DNA of 64,000 bases from Phoronis australis. Its lineage: Eukaryota > Animalia > Phoronida. The notes under the pieces are model-generated. The model saw only the letters and a list, made by a program, of their open reading frames with translations. It had not been told where the DNA came from and made no database searches. The stretch covers positions 673,066-737,065 of the forward strand of contig NMRA01000065.1 in NCBI GenBank assembly GCA_002633005.1. The letters are read 5' to 3'. Position numbers and translations under genes: made by a program. The stretch's first letter is position 1. Each line of letters starts with the position of its first letter. This document shows, one piece after another, positions 45,601 through 58,801 of this stretch.

Positions 45601-47773
45601 TACGTGGGGAAGATCTATGGCTTGATTCTTAGTAAACAAGGGTGCCCAATTTATTTTTCATACTTATTTCGAAGAGAATTCAAGGTCATATGATAATTTC
45701 CCTATCACTCTTACTCCAAAAATTAACATAATAGCCAAAACACGGCATGAATGTACAAGTTTTATATAAAAACGTCATTTTTGTAAAGATGGCAATAATT
45801 CTTAGATTCTTATTTGATCCTGATAAAGGGCAAACAATTTCTGCTTCAACAATACAAATTTTCTTTCATAATTGTTTCGACCATAGATTGTAAATATACT
45901 CATCTCTAGAACCACTGGACGGAATTTGATGAGCTTTGTTAACGAGGGTGCCTGGTTATATGAGGCTATTAGATATGTCAAGGTCAATGCAATTTTCTAA
46001 GTAAACGAAACATTTAACTTCTAACAATAATTTATTCCTATAGACACCTTTTGCCAATAGTTTGACCCTTTCACCGTCGAATTAAGATCTACTTCAGTGA
46101 CACATTTTGTAGATATGCAAAGACACATGTGACTTTTCAGCCGCTTGACGAAATCTGGTAATCTTTGGATCTATTCTTGCCCGAATTCCGAGGTCATTGT
46201 CAGTGCTTATATCCAAAAAAGGGAATGTGGGCTCTTAGCCAATGCTTTAGAGAACTTTGATTTTTAACCGCCCCTTCTACCTGGAAATATTGTTAATGTA
46301 TTTAGTTAGCTTTATTACGTAAGCTGCACTCGGAAATTTCTGCGCAACTCAGCAAAATTGTTATTTGAAAAAATTTGAATTCTCATAAGTGATCGAGAAA
46401 TTCCTAGGTAACCTGGAACTCGATTGACTTTGAAATTATCAAAGTTAAACTGGCATCCTACTTAACATACGAATCGAGTCAGTGATTCTGAAATTCCATC
46501 ACTTGATTTGAGAGCTATGAAGATTTACAGTATACTTAATTGGGTATATAAATCAAGGTTACTGAGGTAAAAAATTCCGTACCCTATACCAGCCTCCCGT
46601 TCAGTAGCGCTAGGATTTCGCTCAAAAGCAAGACTTCGCGAGTTTACGTGAGACATTGCCGTGTACTTCACGTGATAACACGTGACTTTGGCTGGATTTT
46701 AGCTAGGTCCCAGTGTAGGCCATAGCGTTACTGAACGCACGACAGGATTAAAAGAGAAACTCGAAATGGTCACCTGGAGAAAGAATGTCAATATCTTATA
46801 AATCTTGCACGTGTTTGCCAGTGGCCATTGTGGGGAGAAAATAGCAGTTATCGAGAAATTGTAACCTGAATGTAGTCTTTATTTTGACGAAAACTCCGTG
46901 ATTTCTGGGTTGTTTTTGTAATTATTTCCTTGTATGGTCTGTGTATTCTTCAATAAATATATATCATCTTAAAAAAGACTTTCCATTTCTTATAAAGTTT
47001 GCACATACACACCCTATTTTTGTCTGATATGCACATTTTTAGGAAAAGTGGAAGTGATTTGGAATTTATCTCGTGACCTTCAAATTGGCTGGCCTTGTAT
47101 ATATCAAAAATAAATCCGGAATCCTGACTAATACAGGAGTTCTGCAAACATCTCCAGATTCTGTCCAGAAATTCATCAGACATGTTTTACTATAATTTAT
47201 GCTAAATAAGAGCAATGTAATTTTGGGTTAAAGGGGTCAAAATTGCTTGTCCTACATTAGGATGGAAGAAGCACATGAAAATGGTTTTAGGGATAATACG
47301 TGGCGATTGCTTCAAAAACTTTCACACGTGGACTCTCTTAGCTCCTGGAATACTTGATGACAAAGATGTATTGCGGTGTTGTACATGTATAGCTTGTTTC
47401 GGTGATTATTTTTCCTTTAACATTCCGGTAAATGCAAATAAATGGTGAGAGAAGTGTCGTTGGAGAAAGGTGCATACACTGGCGTCCACGTCGGAGCACG
47501 TGCAGCCTTCAAAGCACGCGTCGGTGAAGACTAGTTTCATAATTTCGTAGAGCATACGTCGCCATCTTTTTCAGGGCATGTAAACTTACCTCTGGTTGCC
47601 AATGTCGTCTTGATACACCCAATCGCTACGTCTAACATCACTGGTCGGTCTTCATTCGGGTGGTTCAAAAGGTATTCCTCCACTACCTCCACGTGGTGTT
47701 GGAGCTCATCAAATTTACTTTCCTTTTGGTCCATAAGATCGGCAAGGACCACCAGCATGGACTGGAGCGATTC
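33536..47773 (-). CDS. Uncharacterised protein of at least 942 aa: 12 tandem ~61-aa helical repeats plus a C-terminal dynein-MTBD-like domain
   Basis: Exons in transcription order: 47773-47590, 45128-44199, 43031-42846, 41792-41610, 41143-40964, 40440-40255, 39918-39736, 36734-36549, 36380-36100, 34630-34436, 33670-33536. All are GT-AG and join in frame (2829 nt) with no internal stop. The 5' boundary and start codon are uncertain. Confidence 0.85.
34436..34630 (-). CDS. Repeat/MTBD-like gene exon SWEMCQKLF...LKSFEINDVD...EVHEHSVGACYFYQW
   Basis: cacgcag acceptor, gtgagt donor; 195 nt, phase 0-0. Confidence 0.85.
35089..35339. mobile_element. Second, inverted copy of the CATGCGCGCACCCAG MITE
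   Basis: CTTAT|CATGCGCGCACCCAG ... CTGAGTGCGCGCATG|CTTCT; interior is similar in reverse complement to 32853-33102. Confidence 0.7.
36100..36380 (-). CDS. Repeat/MTBD-like gene exon ...MEIRQYKNPPPAIKDVMVAALLLLGDPESTTK
   Basis: ctgtag acceptor, gtcagt donor; phase 1 to 0. Confidence 0.88.
36549..36734 (-). CDS. Repeat exon (62 codons)
   Basis: Phase 1-1; ENPDLEKLQEAADAYDTFL...LVDEARE. Confidence 0.88.
39736..39918 (-). CDS. Repeat exon (61 codons)
   Basis: Phase 1-1; ELSLALKNYDDFL...LLHEGEELL. Confidence 0.85.
40255..40440 (-). CDS. Repeat exon (62 codons)
   Basis: Phase 1-1; TISELEDFL...RPTVLDDAK. Confidence 0.85.
40964..41143 (-). CDS. Repeat exon (60 codons)
   Basis: Phase 1-1; DIQQLQTLINNYEAFV...LPNILDKAR. 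Confidence 0.87.
41610..41792 (-). CDS. Repeat exon (61 codons)
   Basis: Phase 1-1; TIEDYTTFLETN...KPVSLLKKAQ. Confidence 0.87.
42846..43031 (-). CDS. Repeat exon (62 codons)
   Basis: Phase 1-1; DLQNLETAYEVFTKYL...YPFILEEAR. Confidence 0.87.
44199..45128 (-). CDS. Large exon with 5 repeats (310 codons)
   Basis: ttacag acceptor, gtacgt donor; five units of F...L..L...D...L...(Y/F)E(E/Q)FL..N...P..(L/V)..A. Confidence 0.92.
46592..46737. mobile_element. Short MITE, related copy at ~61048-61172
   Basis: CCCGTTCAGTAGCGCTAGG ... TAGCGTTACTGAACG; core AAAAGCAAGACTTCGCGAG.TTACGTGAGA shared with 61080-61110. Confidence 0.6.
47590..47773 (-). CDS. Repeat exon, first located exon
   Basis: G|gtaagt donor; LQHHVEVVEEYLLNHPNEDRPVMLDVA; acceptor/start uncertain. 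Confidence 0.75.
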
Positions 47774-49019
47774 CTTTAAAGACAAATTTTTACATTCGGA
47801 TTTTCACCGCCACTAAAAGGCTACAAAATCTGGTTTCGGCCCATTAACAGATATTAAAAACGACTTTTCGATCCAGCTCTCTGAAACAAAATTATGCTCT
47901 GTAACCCTTGACAACACTATGAAGTCTGGAGGAAAATTTGAAAACTCCTTTCGAACGGGCAAGCGACTCATATTGTCCTAGCGAATTACACGGCATGAAC
48001 CATTATATCCAATCTGCGACATAAGGCGTGTTAGGTTTTAGTCGATTCCTGTTTTGTCTTTCAAGATTGATGTCAATGATGCATTAGCACGTGACAGATT
48101 GAGGATTTGTTGACATTATCAACGTGTCTTCCACAGTGGCCTCCCTGTATTTTCCACTGAATGATGGTGCGCTACCCCAATTTTTTCATGTTTTTCCCGA
48201 ATATTCTCCGAATCAAAGGAGCAATTGCCACCCTCCCCCGGCCCCCAGTCTTCCTGGTTGCATAATCTCAATTATTAGCTTTTAGCTGTTTGGTGTTTGA
48301 GCTATGTAATCCTGTGGACCCAGAGAAACTTCACTGTCTCGGGTGTTTGATTTAACCTAAGACAATGGAGATGTCAATTATCTAAGTCACTTTCAAAACA
48401 AAGTCGCAAGTCTTCATACATGACAGTCGATGTCTCCCTTGTTTGACTATACAAAACCATCTAAGAAAGTTGTCTTCCAGTTATAAGTTTGCAGAACTTC
48501 GTGATAAACGATTCACGCTCTGGTCAGAAACGTGGCAACATAGCTGACATCAGTGGACGTTGTCCACAACAAGTAGTACACAAACGTTAATGGTAGCAAC
48601 GACAAATAAAAATGTAACTGAATGCAATTAATAATTATTGCATTTTGAACAACTCGCAAAAGTTGACAAAAATCAGATTGCGCAGAAGAATAGCGGCGGG
48701 ATTAGGATGCCGAAAGGGGCGGAAGGGGCTCAACTACAAATTTTGAGTAAAAATTCCGCGTAAGCCCAACAAACGGCGTTTTATTTTTGCCCGGGACCAC
48801 TGTGCCCCTCTTCCCTAAATCCGCCTATACATTCATCTTTGCAAAAGCAGAACTTAAATCCCAAACCTCTCTTTCAACAGCATCTGAAAGAAAACATAAC
48901 CAACCTTTGGCTTAATAATTACATGGGACATGTCTTCATTGCCTTAACATATAGGCCAATGAAGTCTAACAAGCTGGTGTTTGTTTCTTGAAAGTGACTA
49001 AGAATCAAGACAGAAGTTT

Positions 49020-49665
49020 GGTCTGATCCTCCCACTTCACAATCACTGAAAAGGTTCAGTCAAGTAATATGAGAGCAGCAGCCATATGGCAATGATCTCA
49101 GTAACGTTCGTATTTTCAGAGACTGCACTTTTGCTCAATTGAGATTTCGTACACTTTGTTCAGAAATAGCGACGTGGAGGGCAAGACCAGTTTTACTTAA
49201 GTCTTATTTTAATAAGACTTAAGTAAAAAGTGTCTTTTTTCGAATTGGATCGACATATTCTTTGCTTCGATAGAAATTGGTTTTTGCCATCAAAATGAGT
49301 CAAAAGATCGCGGTCTCGTCGAGGAAGGGCTGGTCGGGACTAATCCGTCAAAATTGAAGCCATGTTGACCCTCTTTTACTTTCCGAGTCTCAAAATGGTC
49401 TGTCTGGGTATGGATGGCATTTTTATCGTGGTGTGGAAAGGTTCGAGACAGGTGTCTTTTTCATGGAAAGCGTTTGGTCGTGTGGCGCTCCGCAGAACTA
49501 TTTCTGAAAAGTAAATAAATCGCAAAAATACAGTCTCTGAGAATATACACATTATTAGCTGTTAGTTACTGAGCTAATGTCTATAAGTTATTTTTTGATT
49601 GTAATACCCTCATAATTACATGGCTGAACAATTAGTCACCAATTGTGAAGTGGCAGCGTAAGGCC
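49020..49665. mobile_element. MITE-like element, related to the element at ~29681-29927
   Basis: Inverted ends CTCCCACTTCACAAT ... ATTGTGAAGTGGCAGCGTAAGGCC; AAAAATACAGTCTCTGAGAATATA shared with ~29780. Confidence 0.55.
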
Positions 49666-52600
49666 AAATTTATGTCTTCCGTCACTTTCTTGAAACGAAT
49701 CCGAGGTGTATAATTTGCGTTCCCGGAAATAAGTAAAGAGGAAGAGGTAAGTTTTTATTCAAACGTGTCTTAAAGAACCAAAGGTTCGAACTCAATATAT
49801 TTTAATTGCCTCTGACGTAATTAATTAGGGGCCCAGCTAATTTTAGCCATAACTGAAAGTACGCTGTGAGTGGCTGATGTAGAAGACCACCCAATAATGA
49901 TCCCGCTTCGTACTCTACTCGAATAAGTACCTGTAAGTGTATCTTCTTTCCATGAAATTCAGAAAATCGAATTTTTATTGGTGCATGTAGATGTTGGAAA
50001 ATGTGTTTACAGCTCATATCAGTAAATGTTTTGCGCTTGTCAGAAATGGACCGATTTAAAAAAATTCAAATACGCGAAGTCTGTCAGATTGTTCCCAGCT
50101 TCTGTTAGCGGCTGGAGTAGGTTTGTCCTAAGAAGTTGAATGAAGACCATATGTTTGGGACACTACTTTGAGATGTTACACAACTGAACGTTGATCTTTA
50201 TTTTAGTAAATCTTTAATTACACAAAATAGCGATTATACGTTGCAATCCGAACACAGAAACCACTTTCCTGAAATAGCTAGAACACCAAAGCTTACAAAC
50301 GCCTGCATGACGTTAGCGATAGTCACACTTAACAAAATCACAATTCGTGAAAGTTGTCTTGGCCAGTATGCAGTATTTTGGCGTGGAAAGTTCAGAGAAG
50401 TGTAGAAAATCCAGGACTATTTAGAAAGTATAAAGAACCATACTGGCTCTTTTGTTCAAATGAAGATTTATGACCAAGTCACGCGAAAGATGGATACGCG
50501 CTAATATGAACTGCAAAAGAAATTTATAATTATTGACAAAGGCTGCATTTGAGTCGCTTCGCTGGTTCTGCACCTGGTTGCACCTGCTAAGACGTATCTA
50601 AGTCTCGATGACGACTTCCGGTATATAGACCAATCTGCTGCCCGTTCTGTATGAAACAAGTGCAATGACTGTAAAACCGCTCTGAGGTGGTGGCGTTTTA
50701 CAACTATTATTAAAATTTCTTGGTCTATTTACACCGAACTCTTGTCTGTTTACATTGTCACGACGTTTCGTCCTCACCGTAGCGTCCACCAAATAGGCAA
50801 CTGTCTCAGAGAAAAGCTTCAGAATTCCCATTTTTAAATCGTTGCTCGCACTCATAGTTGAAAATATAACAGACATTCATAGTTAAGTTCAGAATTCAAT
50901 GAAGAGTTTTAAATTAAAGGGATATAAACTTCAACATTTAATTAGCTCACCGGAAGGCTTTTCAACAACAACGAGAGCTTGCTGGGAATCTACGAACTGT
51001 TTCCGTTTCCGCTTTAAGTAGTACAAATAAGAGTAGACGCCTATACACAAGAGTATCAAAACACCCAGAACCGGACCGAGAATGTCGTTAACGAATCCGT
51101 AGTCGGTGAAATTTGCAACAACTTCATCGACGACCTTTATAACAAAAACATAATTATAACATCAAAATGTGTCATTAGAGATCATAAAGCTTGTCCCAAT
51201 TTGAAATTTACCTCTCTATCCTTTCATACCGCGATTCTTTTCGGAACTAAGTTAACAAACTTTTCTCATTCATAGTGATAGAGGCTTTAAAACGTTTGAA
51301 ACTCTGTAGATGGTAAGAATTTCTGCAGCTTGAAATAAATATTGTAGGAGCCTTTTCAAGTTAAAGCCGCTACAAGCTTCCCGGAGAATGCCATCGCTGG
51401 TGTTTCATATTGGCGCACGTGCGAGTTTCGGTCGTAGCAAAGCCGCCGAATTTTCTGGGAACCCACAGGCTCAGAGACAAAAGTACAACAGGCAGCCTCG
51501 TTCCAGCCTCCTGCGCCCAGTCGCCTGTAATGCTGTCATGTTTCTGTCTATATTCACTTCTGATAATTGGACACTCACGTGACTTGAACAGCCTAAAAGT
51601 GTCATTCAGTTATTACGCATTCACTACAAAGTTACACCAACAGTAGGATTATTAATGCGTTGCCGTTACCCAGAGAGCACGAACATGGAATTGGAAGTAA
51701 AAGAGTTTTGTTTCCATGCCCTTGTTGGGAGGGTCATCCTTCGTAGCTAAGTTAGTCGACGTCATGCCTGTGACCCGGCAGTCATGATCCAGAAGAGATC
51801 GGAGGTGTTAAGTCTCCACATGATGCTCCACTATACAAGAGCCGGCACACTAACTGTGGGAATCGGGTCGCATACGACTTTTGAGACCTGCTATTTGGAA
51901 GCTACGACTTTAACCGTCTCTTAGCCACATCCCGTTGTTCTATGATTAAAGTTCGCACATGCGCAGATATGAATCACCTCGAAATGGTAACTGGAAGCTA
52001 CGAAAAGAACCGAGATACCAATTCCGGATGGCAATTCTTCTGATGGTTTCGGTGGCCATAACTTAGTCCTCCATGAGGAGCCTGGTGAGACGCACTACCG
52101 AATAAACTGAGACCTGTTTTACAGTGATCAGTGTCATTAATAAATTGAGACCTGTTTTACAGTGATCAGTGCCATTAATCAAAAGTTCTTTTTTGACGGA
52201 CGACGGCTTAATAACACCATCCTTGGAAAGATAAAGCATGCACTCACTGAAGCCACTGAAAGCTATAAAACTATGGTTTACATGTAAAGTACTGACAGGG
52301 TAATACATGCATGATACTGACACAAAGTGAAGCCCCTTGATTGGTTTAGAAAGCACTTAGAGATCGTGGACCTCCGTCTGGGTGGCATCTCGGTTCTTCT
52401 CGTGACATGAGTACGTTTAGATAGAAAGTGATAAGTCGACCTTTGGCACGTGCGCGCAAGTACAATTTACGAGCATGTTATTTCGAAGTGGTTAAGAACT
52501 TGTTTGCACAAAATGGTTGTTAAATACAATTATCAAAGGAATCATTCTAAAGATTTGTTCAATTTGGGTCGCTTTTGTTTTATGCCCACCTTACCCGTAC

Positions 52601-55600
52601 CATGCGCGCATGACGCAAAAGCAACAAAATTAGCAAAGATCCAATTATCTCATTTAAATGGCGAACAGACTAGCGGTCAATGTTTACCGTGGACTATCGT
52701 CTTTGATTATGACCAAACATTTCACAAACCGTGAAGAGTACCTATCCTGGGATGATCTCGCGAAGTTTAGTCAGATACACAACAAAGCCGTGCCATGTAA
52801 CAAAGTGACTTTACCTTAGGGACGTGAATTTTCTCCATTTTAACCGGTTATTGGAGTGGCTACGTCTTGATCACAGCCTATTGACTACCGGATAACGAGA
52901 TTCTCAATAGGATTGCCTTGATGCATCGCGTTACAGAAATGCATGATCTACGGAGAGAAAAGAAATAGATAAGGTATTCCCAAAACTTGAGTTTTGTTAG
53001 TCACCAGACTCCCGATGGAAACATTGTGAAGTTCTAGCAGATATGACATAACACTGTCGACACAAAGGAAATTTGGAGCCCAGGCATTTTATTACCCAAG
53101 AAGAAATTTTCTTATAAACTACACCGTAAATGTTCAAGACAAAACCAACAAGTCCTCAAATTCCCATAATTGCACAGAATGCTACATGCAAGTGGACAAG
53201 TATTTAAATAAAATTAGTTACTCAGCTACTCAGATTCAAATGTCTGAACTTTTTGTGGGTTGTATCCAGCTTTTTACGATATAATAGAGGAGGTCCAAGA
53301 AAAACGATAGGCTTCTGATGAGAATTTCCTGTTACAAACAATGAATAGAAATCGTCTATTTTTCCAGCTGTTTTGGTTTGACGCCTTGTCTACAAGAATG
53401 TCTGGACTCACTGGACCCCTCCTCGAATTCGCAATTTTAGGGTTGACAAACCCCAATAAACTTTGAAGTGTTTTCGCGAGTCGCCGATGGTTTCGATATT
53501 CTTTTGAAAAATCAATTCCTGATAATATGGTAATATTTGGAATATTACGAGTCCTGTATTTTTTCATTTGTGAGAAAATCAACCCTTCGGGTTTATAAGC
53601 TTAAAAGTGGCTAAATTTTTTGTTGTTTGGCAGCTTAATACTGAGAACAAGCGCTATTACAACGCTTCCTGGCATATACGCTGGAGTTGTTTTGCGAAGT
53701 AATACCACCTGACCGACATTTCTGAAATAAAATTCCGGTTTAATGTTTTGATCCAAAGTAGTCTTGGATCACAGGCGCTTGAGTTTATCAGTTCCTCTAT
53801 CATTACTGACGTCATTCCCTACAAATAAAGCATAAAGGTCAGATACTAAAAATCGGTTTGCTCAGAACTTCATACTCAAATGTGCATTGAACTCTACGAA
53901 ATCAGCATTGAACAAATCTTTGAATATCTTCTTTCACTTGGTCACATTAAATTGCCCTTGAGTGGTGATTTGACGACAAGAACACCAAAATTACAAATTC
54001 AAGGACCTAATTCTGAGACGTTCATTGCAAACGGCCTTCGTAAACGGACGTTCCCGAAGTAATTCCGAAGCTCTGTTTCGCGTGCCCACGAAATAAATGA
54101 GCGCACTCCACATAATTTAATGTCAAGTTGAACACATTGAAACTCAGGTTTTGTGAGATAACGTTGTTTAGCATCGAAGAACCACGGGTTGCTGGGTATT
54201 AACGTAGATTTTCCGCCACTAAACGTGCCGTCAGACAAGAAATTTCCCGCTAAAAGCCGACAGTCCTTGTGCTTTAACCAAGAGCAGCACATAATATGAA
54301 AATCGAACAAGAGATACGTCAGTTCTTGCAATTAATTTGTAGGTTGAGTGATAAAATGAGCTATCAGAAGATCCAAGTTACACAAAAGTGGAAGACTAAT
54401 TTTAGTAACCTCAATCATTTAAATTGCGGACAAATTTCTTGACTTTGACATAGGGGTTGCTTGCTGAAGGTCGAAATTTTATCTCCAATAGGTGTACAAG
54501 GAAAATCACAAATGAAATTCGCCATGTTAAGATGATAAGTCTCATCAGAACTGTGAATATTTAAATTTGTAGCAAACGCCACTTTGTGACTTCAGGGAGA
54601 ACTGTGGGTACAAGTGTAATCAGGAAAAAGAATTTGCGGTTTTAAAGAAACCACCAGAACTGATACACTTAAAAACAAATGTGTACATATAGAAAACCCT
54701 AGTAATTCTATGTATTACGCAATCGCTATTAGGGAGTGAAATGAACAGATAATAAGAACTGTGTCTTTTTCCATTAGGGTAATGATGACATATTACCATA
54801 CTCATTTAAATCGACTACTGTATTCTCGCAAAACGAGACTCTCACGAGATTGTAATGATAGTAGTTCTCGGTTTCCAGCATTCGGGAAGGCCGGAAGTTG
54901 TTTGTAAACTAATACTTCATTTCCATATTCGCAGTTTAATGATATATAGCATCTTTAACTATTTAACCTTTTTGAATTCCGAGTTTTGCGCTTGTATTGG
55001 AAATTCGGTCGCCAATTCACCACTCACAGAGAAAATTTATTGAAATAAAGGAACTGTAAGGCTTCGGAGGTCTATGTAGTACCAGTCTGAGGGAGGTGCA
55101 GGCAGATATTATTTGGATTTGGAACAGTTGAATTCGGGAACCTAAGCTCGGCAAAATTTTAAAGTCCGACGTTTATGTTTCTTATATGGTTATGAGTCAT
55201 AGGGAAATTCGACTGTATGTGTCTTGAGTTACAATCCCCTTCAATTCAAATAAGCTGATCGTTTGAGCTAAACATGTTCAAATTTATTTCATCTCAAATA
55301 AAAATTGTTCCAGCGTTGTAATACGGAGTGACCACTAAAACATCCAGAAATATTTTCATCCAAACTTATAGTTCATATAGAATTCATCAGAATGAGTCGT
55401 ATACAAGTAAAATTTAGCTTATTATTTCAGTTTCTTAGTTCTATTGAAAATAAAATTAACGGTGAAGACAACGGAACCTAACACTTTGTACTTCTGAAAA
55501 AGTTGACGGCGTGACAAGCAGCTGTGAGATCGTACTTACAGTTTTGTGTGAATTACTGTGACGTGTTTTTGCTTTCATTTCACGTGCGTTTAACCAAATT

Positions 55601-55769
55601 TTGACTGCTCGCGTGCAAGAACTATTGTTTTACCACGAGTAGCCCGAAAAGGAGTGTAAACAATTCCATAATCTCGCGTCTCATTCCCTAAGCTCCAATC
55701 CTTGACCAACAAACACAAAATCTACGGTGAATTCCCCGCCCGCACCCACAAACTCCAATTACTTATATT

Positions 55770-58080
55770 ACTTTGGTGCAGAACCAGCGTCGTCACACTC
55801 GGGGAAGACCCATAGATGCTCGGCTTTCCACGTCATCAAGTCAGACAAGGTCCTTTGACTAACCACTCCGACCAACTTCCGATTACACAGTCGTCTTGCC
55901 AGGCCATGCAACCGGATATCAACACCACAGCCTCTCTCATGTCCAAACAGTTCCATTCTGTCAATTGCATCTCCATTCTCCTGTGGCCCCATCTCTCTAA
56001 GCGCTCACTCTCTCCCAATCTGGGGGCGCCCTGTATTGTACTTGTCAACTTTCTCATTTCCGGCGACCCCGGCATGCCCAGGGGAGAATATCCAAGTCAG
56101 CTTTCTCAGTCCACTATTTTGTAAATGCAGCAGCCACTCGGGTTTGAGATATCCCTTTTTGATTTTTATCAACATGCTCTGAGAGTCTGTCACAATAATT
56201 GCGCAGGTATTAGTGCTTTCCTGTAGCCATGGATGTGCCTTTTCAGCAGCAAGCTCCTCCATCTTCATACTAGATGTCGTGAGCTCATACATGTATGCCT
56301 CACCATTTTCTGCTACTATCTTGCCATCCACATTGACTACATAGCCCCATCCAGACATTTCTCCTCCTTTAACCGATCCATCAGTGTACACCACAGCATC
56401 TCCCTCACTACAATTTTCATAGACCAGCTCGAGAACTTCACTGTTAACCGCACAAGCTGCCCTCTTACGACACTCTCGGCCCATAGTAATGACAACCCTG
56501 GTGAATCTGCTAGCTGTTTTGTCATCCACCTTCACATATTCTTTCAAAGTGATATATATTTATTCATGGATACACAGAACATACAAAGAAATAATAACAA
56601 ACCCAGAAACCGCGAAGCATTATATCTGGGTTGTAAACAATCCATAAATGAAACTAATATACATAGAGGTATGTACAATTAAGTAGTATCTAAAATAAGT
56701 ATTCCAATACTTAGATAGGCTATTACAGATATATAAAAACAAAAATATGTACAGATTCATGTGGGGAAATCAGATGCAACAATATTGATAAACGGTACAT
56801 AAAAATTTACTAACGTTGCTTAGGAGGAATTCGTTGAGAACGAGGTCAAGGTTAGGACTACCATTCAATAATAATGTAACTCTAGTGGGGATATTATTAC
56901 AAGAATTGAGAGCGTTAACAATTGATTGATTTTCATTGAGTGCACGAAAGAGTGAGTCTCTCTGGTATTCGATGAGGGGACATTAAAAAATATGAGGATA
57001 CGATTGATGGACACCACATTTACAGTTTGGAGAGACATTAATAAAGTTGTGCCTGAACTTGTCAGAGTTGAGGAAAAGGCCACATCTTGATCTGTACAAT
57101 GCTATTTCGTTATCGCGTGAAAGGGAGAATTGAGTCAAGGGTGTTGAGTTATCAAAATTATGAAAAACAGTTCTAAAATTATTTTTTATACTCGTAAAAG
57201 AGTTGCTTTCCTTAACAGAGACTGGAAGAGAATTCCAGTTGTTGATGCACATCATGACTGTAGACCTTCTGAATGCCTGACTGAACGACGGAGGAATTGC
57301 ATATGGGGTGGAGAATCTCAAATCACTACGATGGCCTTGTCTAATATATAGATCAAATATTTTTTTGACAGACACGTTGTTGACATTGTTTATTACCTTG
57401 AACGTAAATGTGGTCATGTGAAGATTGCGTCGAGTAGACAGTTTGGGCCACTTGAGATTATTCAAAACCTTAACACTATTGGATCCCCTGTAAGCTCCAG
57501 TTATGAGTAAGGCGGCTTGATATTGTAACTTCTCCAAATGTTGGAGTGCACCCGTATTGGCAGACTGATATATAATATCACAATAATCAATGTGTGGAAG
57601 TACAAAGGACTTGAACAAAACTTCTAAATGTGTAGAATTCAGATGACGAGAGACAAGCTTAAGTGGGTTAATTAGTTCCTGAGTTTTTTGTACGAGCTCC
57701 CGAACGTGAGGGGTGAATGAGAGTTTTTCATCTAACAGTATACCCAGATGTCTGTGCGACTGTTTTCTAGGAATGATTTCATCATTAAGTTTAAGGTCAT
57801 AAGACGGGTCAACAAGGAAGAGAGCATTAATAGATTTGGAGAAGGTGAGGTCAACGCTTTTTTCTGGTTTAAAATTCATTCTCCATTCTTGTGACCAATA
57901 GCTGAGTTTATTTAAGTCGTGTTGAAGCTGCACATATTCTTCTCCTCTACGAACCAAATCCAGCTCACACACTCTTTCTACTGTGGTCTCCGCTGCTGCC
58001 AATCATGATTTGCCACGCTTTATTCTGGTGCCTTTGGTTACAGCCAACTGATGACGCAAGAGATGTTTCCTCCAATTGTG
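55770..58080 (-). mobile_element. Decayed RNase H-bearing non-LTR retrotransposon (Ingi/Nimb/I-like) 3' fragment, interrupted by a younger LINE
   Basis: RNase H motifs VYTDGS, MEELA, IVTDSQS, WIFSPGHAGVAGNEKVD (56005-56547). Upstream part KGTRIKRGKS*LAAAETTVERVC at 57942-58080. Confidence 0.85.
56544..57930 (-). mobile_element. 5'-truncated CR1/L2-group LINE (RT C-terminus and 3' UTR) with 11-bp TSD
   Basis: LQHDLNKLSYWSQEWRMNFKPEKS, HLGILLDEKLSFTPHV, VLPHIDYCDIIY, LEKLQYQAALLITGA; AATAAA(TA)n 3' end; TSD CACATATTCTT at 56533-56543 and 57931-57941. Confidence 0.9.
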
Positions 58081-58801
58081 CACCGAAAATGCCCCGCACT
58101 AACGAAACACGGCATCCCGCCCAGGCTCACCTACTCCAAAAGAAAAATGCTTTGACATAAACAGAAATTCAAAATCTTTGCCAGCAAACTGAAAAATGCG
58201 TGGTGAACATATTTAGGAACCTGCATAGGGTCATACCTGTTAAATTTCGCCTCTTTTTACTTTCCTCTAGCGTAAACGAATCAAATCGTCTGCCATGTTC
58301 TACTCTTAGTTTTTTACCTTGTTGGTTCCCTACGTGTCCCTAGGTGGTAGAACACACGCAGGTGCCATTTATTTTTCTTTCGGAATTTTTTGCACCGATG
58401 CTTCTGTTTGACTGATTGAATTCTTCTTCAACAGATAGCGCTTTACGCCAACAAACTGGCATGACTGATGAAGGAAGTGTTGTACAGACAAACCGGTCTA
58501 CTTAATTCATGTTCAAGAAATGTGAATCCCAGAAAATTGTGGTTAAATCGTGGTTGCGCTTTTTCGAAGTGCACCTTCCTACTGTAGCTAAATTTTGTTT
58601 GCACTGCTGCCCTGTATTCACATTGTATGAATAACACACCGGTTATATCGAAATTGTTGCTGTTACTCCACTAGCACAACAAGGCTAAAATCGTTCATGG
58701 CCGTCATTTTCCTTTGTTGCTGTAAAGCTAACCAATGACTGTTGAGGTTACATCAAACAGTGATAAAACACGTGGCACTGAACGATACTTGCCTGTTATC
58801 T

